58,665 bases of DNA from positions 1 through 58,665 of the forward strand of contig CAZOCO010000002.1 of the NCBI GenBank assembly GCA_964578325.1, read 5' to 3'. Below are positions 58,071-58,665 of the stretch, one piece after another. Both the position numbers and the translations under genes were made by a program. Below the pieces are notes generated by a model. It searched no databases, was not told the origin of the DNA, and worked only from the letters and a program-made list of their open reading frames with translations. Position 1 is the stretch's first letter; each line of letters opens with the position of its first letter. This DNA comes from an uncultured Muribaculum sp. (GTDB lineage Bacteria > Bacteroidota > Bacteroidia > Bacteroidales > Muribaculaceae).

Positions 58071-58665
58071 TGCGGCAATTCGGCAGTAGGGGTTTTTGAA
58101 AGAAAACCGGAATAGAACAATATAAATACAAGCATGCCGACTGTAATGGCCGCATCGGCAACATTAAATATGGGTTGGAAAAACAGGAAATATTGTCCAC
58201 CTACCCACGGCATCCATTGTGGCCAGTAGAAACTGAACAGTGGGAAGTACAGCATATCTACTACTTTGCCGTAAAGCGGCGCTGCATATCCGCCATCGGG
58301 CGGAAACATCGTGGCAATGGCCGGAGGGGCAGGATTGTTGAAAATGACTCCGTAAAACAGCGAGTCGAAAATATTTCCGGCGGCTCCGGCAACGATGAGC
58401 GAAAGACACACCATGAAACCTGTCTTTATGTCGTCGCGGTTTTTGATACGGTACATGTAGCAGATGGATGCAATTACTACGGCGATACGGAACAGCGTGA
58501 GCAGCAGTTTACTGCCGAGTTCCATGCCGAATGCCATGCCGTTGTCTTCGACAAAGTATATATAAAACCATTCGGCGATACGTATGTTTTCGCCAAGATA
58601 CATGAGGGTCTTAACCCAGATTTTCACCGTCTGGTCGATTATCAGTACCGCAAAGATGACTATTA
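58067..58665 (-). CDS. lspA: Lipoprotein signal peptidase II (5' end outside the window)
   Basis: IIDQTVKIWVK, NGMAFG, GAAGNIFD, GKVVDML and IFNVADAAI; the frame stays open to the window end. Confidence 0.94.
   Translation of the reverse strand, partial: IVIFAVLIIDQTVKIWVKTLMYLGENIRIAEWFYIYFVEDNGMAFGMELGSKLLLTLFRIAVVIASICYMYRIKNRDDIKTGFMVCLSLIVAGAAGNIFDSLFYGVIFNNPAPPAIATMFPPDGGYAAPLYGKVVDMLYFPLFSFYWPQWMPWVGGQYFLFFQPIFNVADAAITVGMLVFILFYSGFLSKTPTAELPQ

Noticed and set aside
1-58665. CRISPR array, integrase, transposase, prophage or defence genes
   Set aside because: No repeat-spacer periodicity and no recombinase, phage or defence motifs were seen in any long ORF.

Overview
Ordinary core-genome chromosome segment of a Bacteroidales bacterium. 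It is probably Muribaculaceae; this is inferred from the ~50% GC, T9SS porV, aspT/aspD and TAnnTTTG promoters. In order it contains: partial secDF, a PCMD protein, ispF, porV, a DUF3857/transglutaminase-like pair, tRNA-Glu/rpsT/tRNA-Glu, aspD-aspT, a LEA-like small protein, NlpC/P60, a GH2 beta-mannosidase, a T9SS beta-helix protein and ribF. Next come a 4Fe-4S/AKR/MalY/esterase/SGNH/MBOAT operon, DUF4294, ilvE, an HD protein, pepC, SpoU and a MINPP-type phytase. A BT1754-BT1765-like fructan (levan-type) PUL follows, then an OMP, queG, a CE4 deacetylase, a DUF2723 GT-C protein, an orphan secreted protein, DUF2156, DUF4296 and partial lspA. I found no integrase, transposase, prophage or CRISPR array. 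The most notable observations are: a frameshift in the fructan susC; a split 4Fe-4S gene with an apparent internal deletion; a shared GTGCAACA operator at identical spacing in both fructan promoters; a transglutaminase-like enzyme/pseudoenzyme pair in the slot porU usually occupies; and the TMEM260-like DUF2723 gene as a candidate protein O-mannosyltransferase. All family calls are from motif recognition, not database searches.
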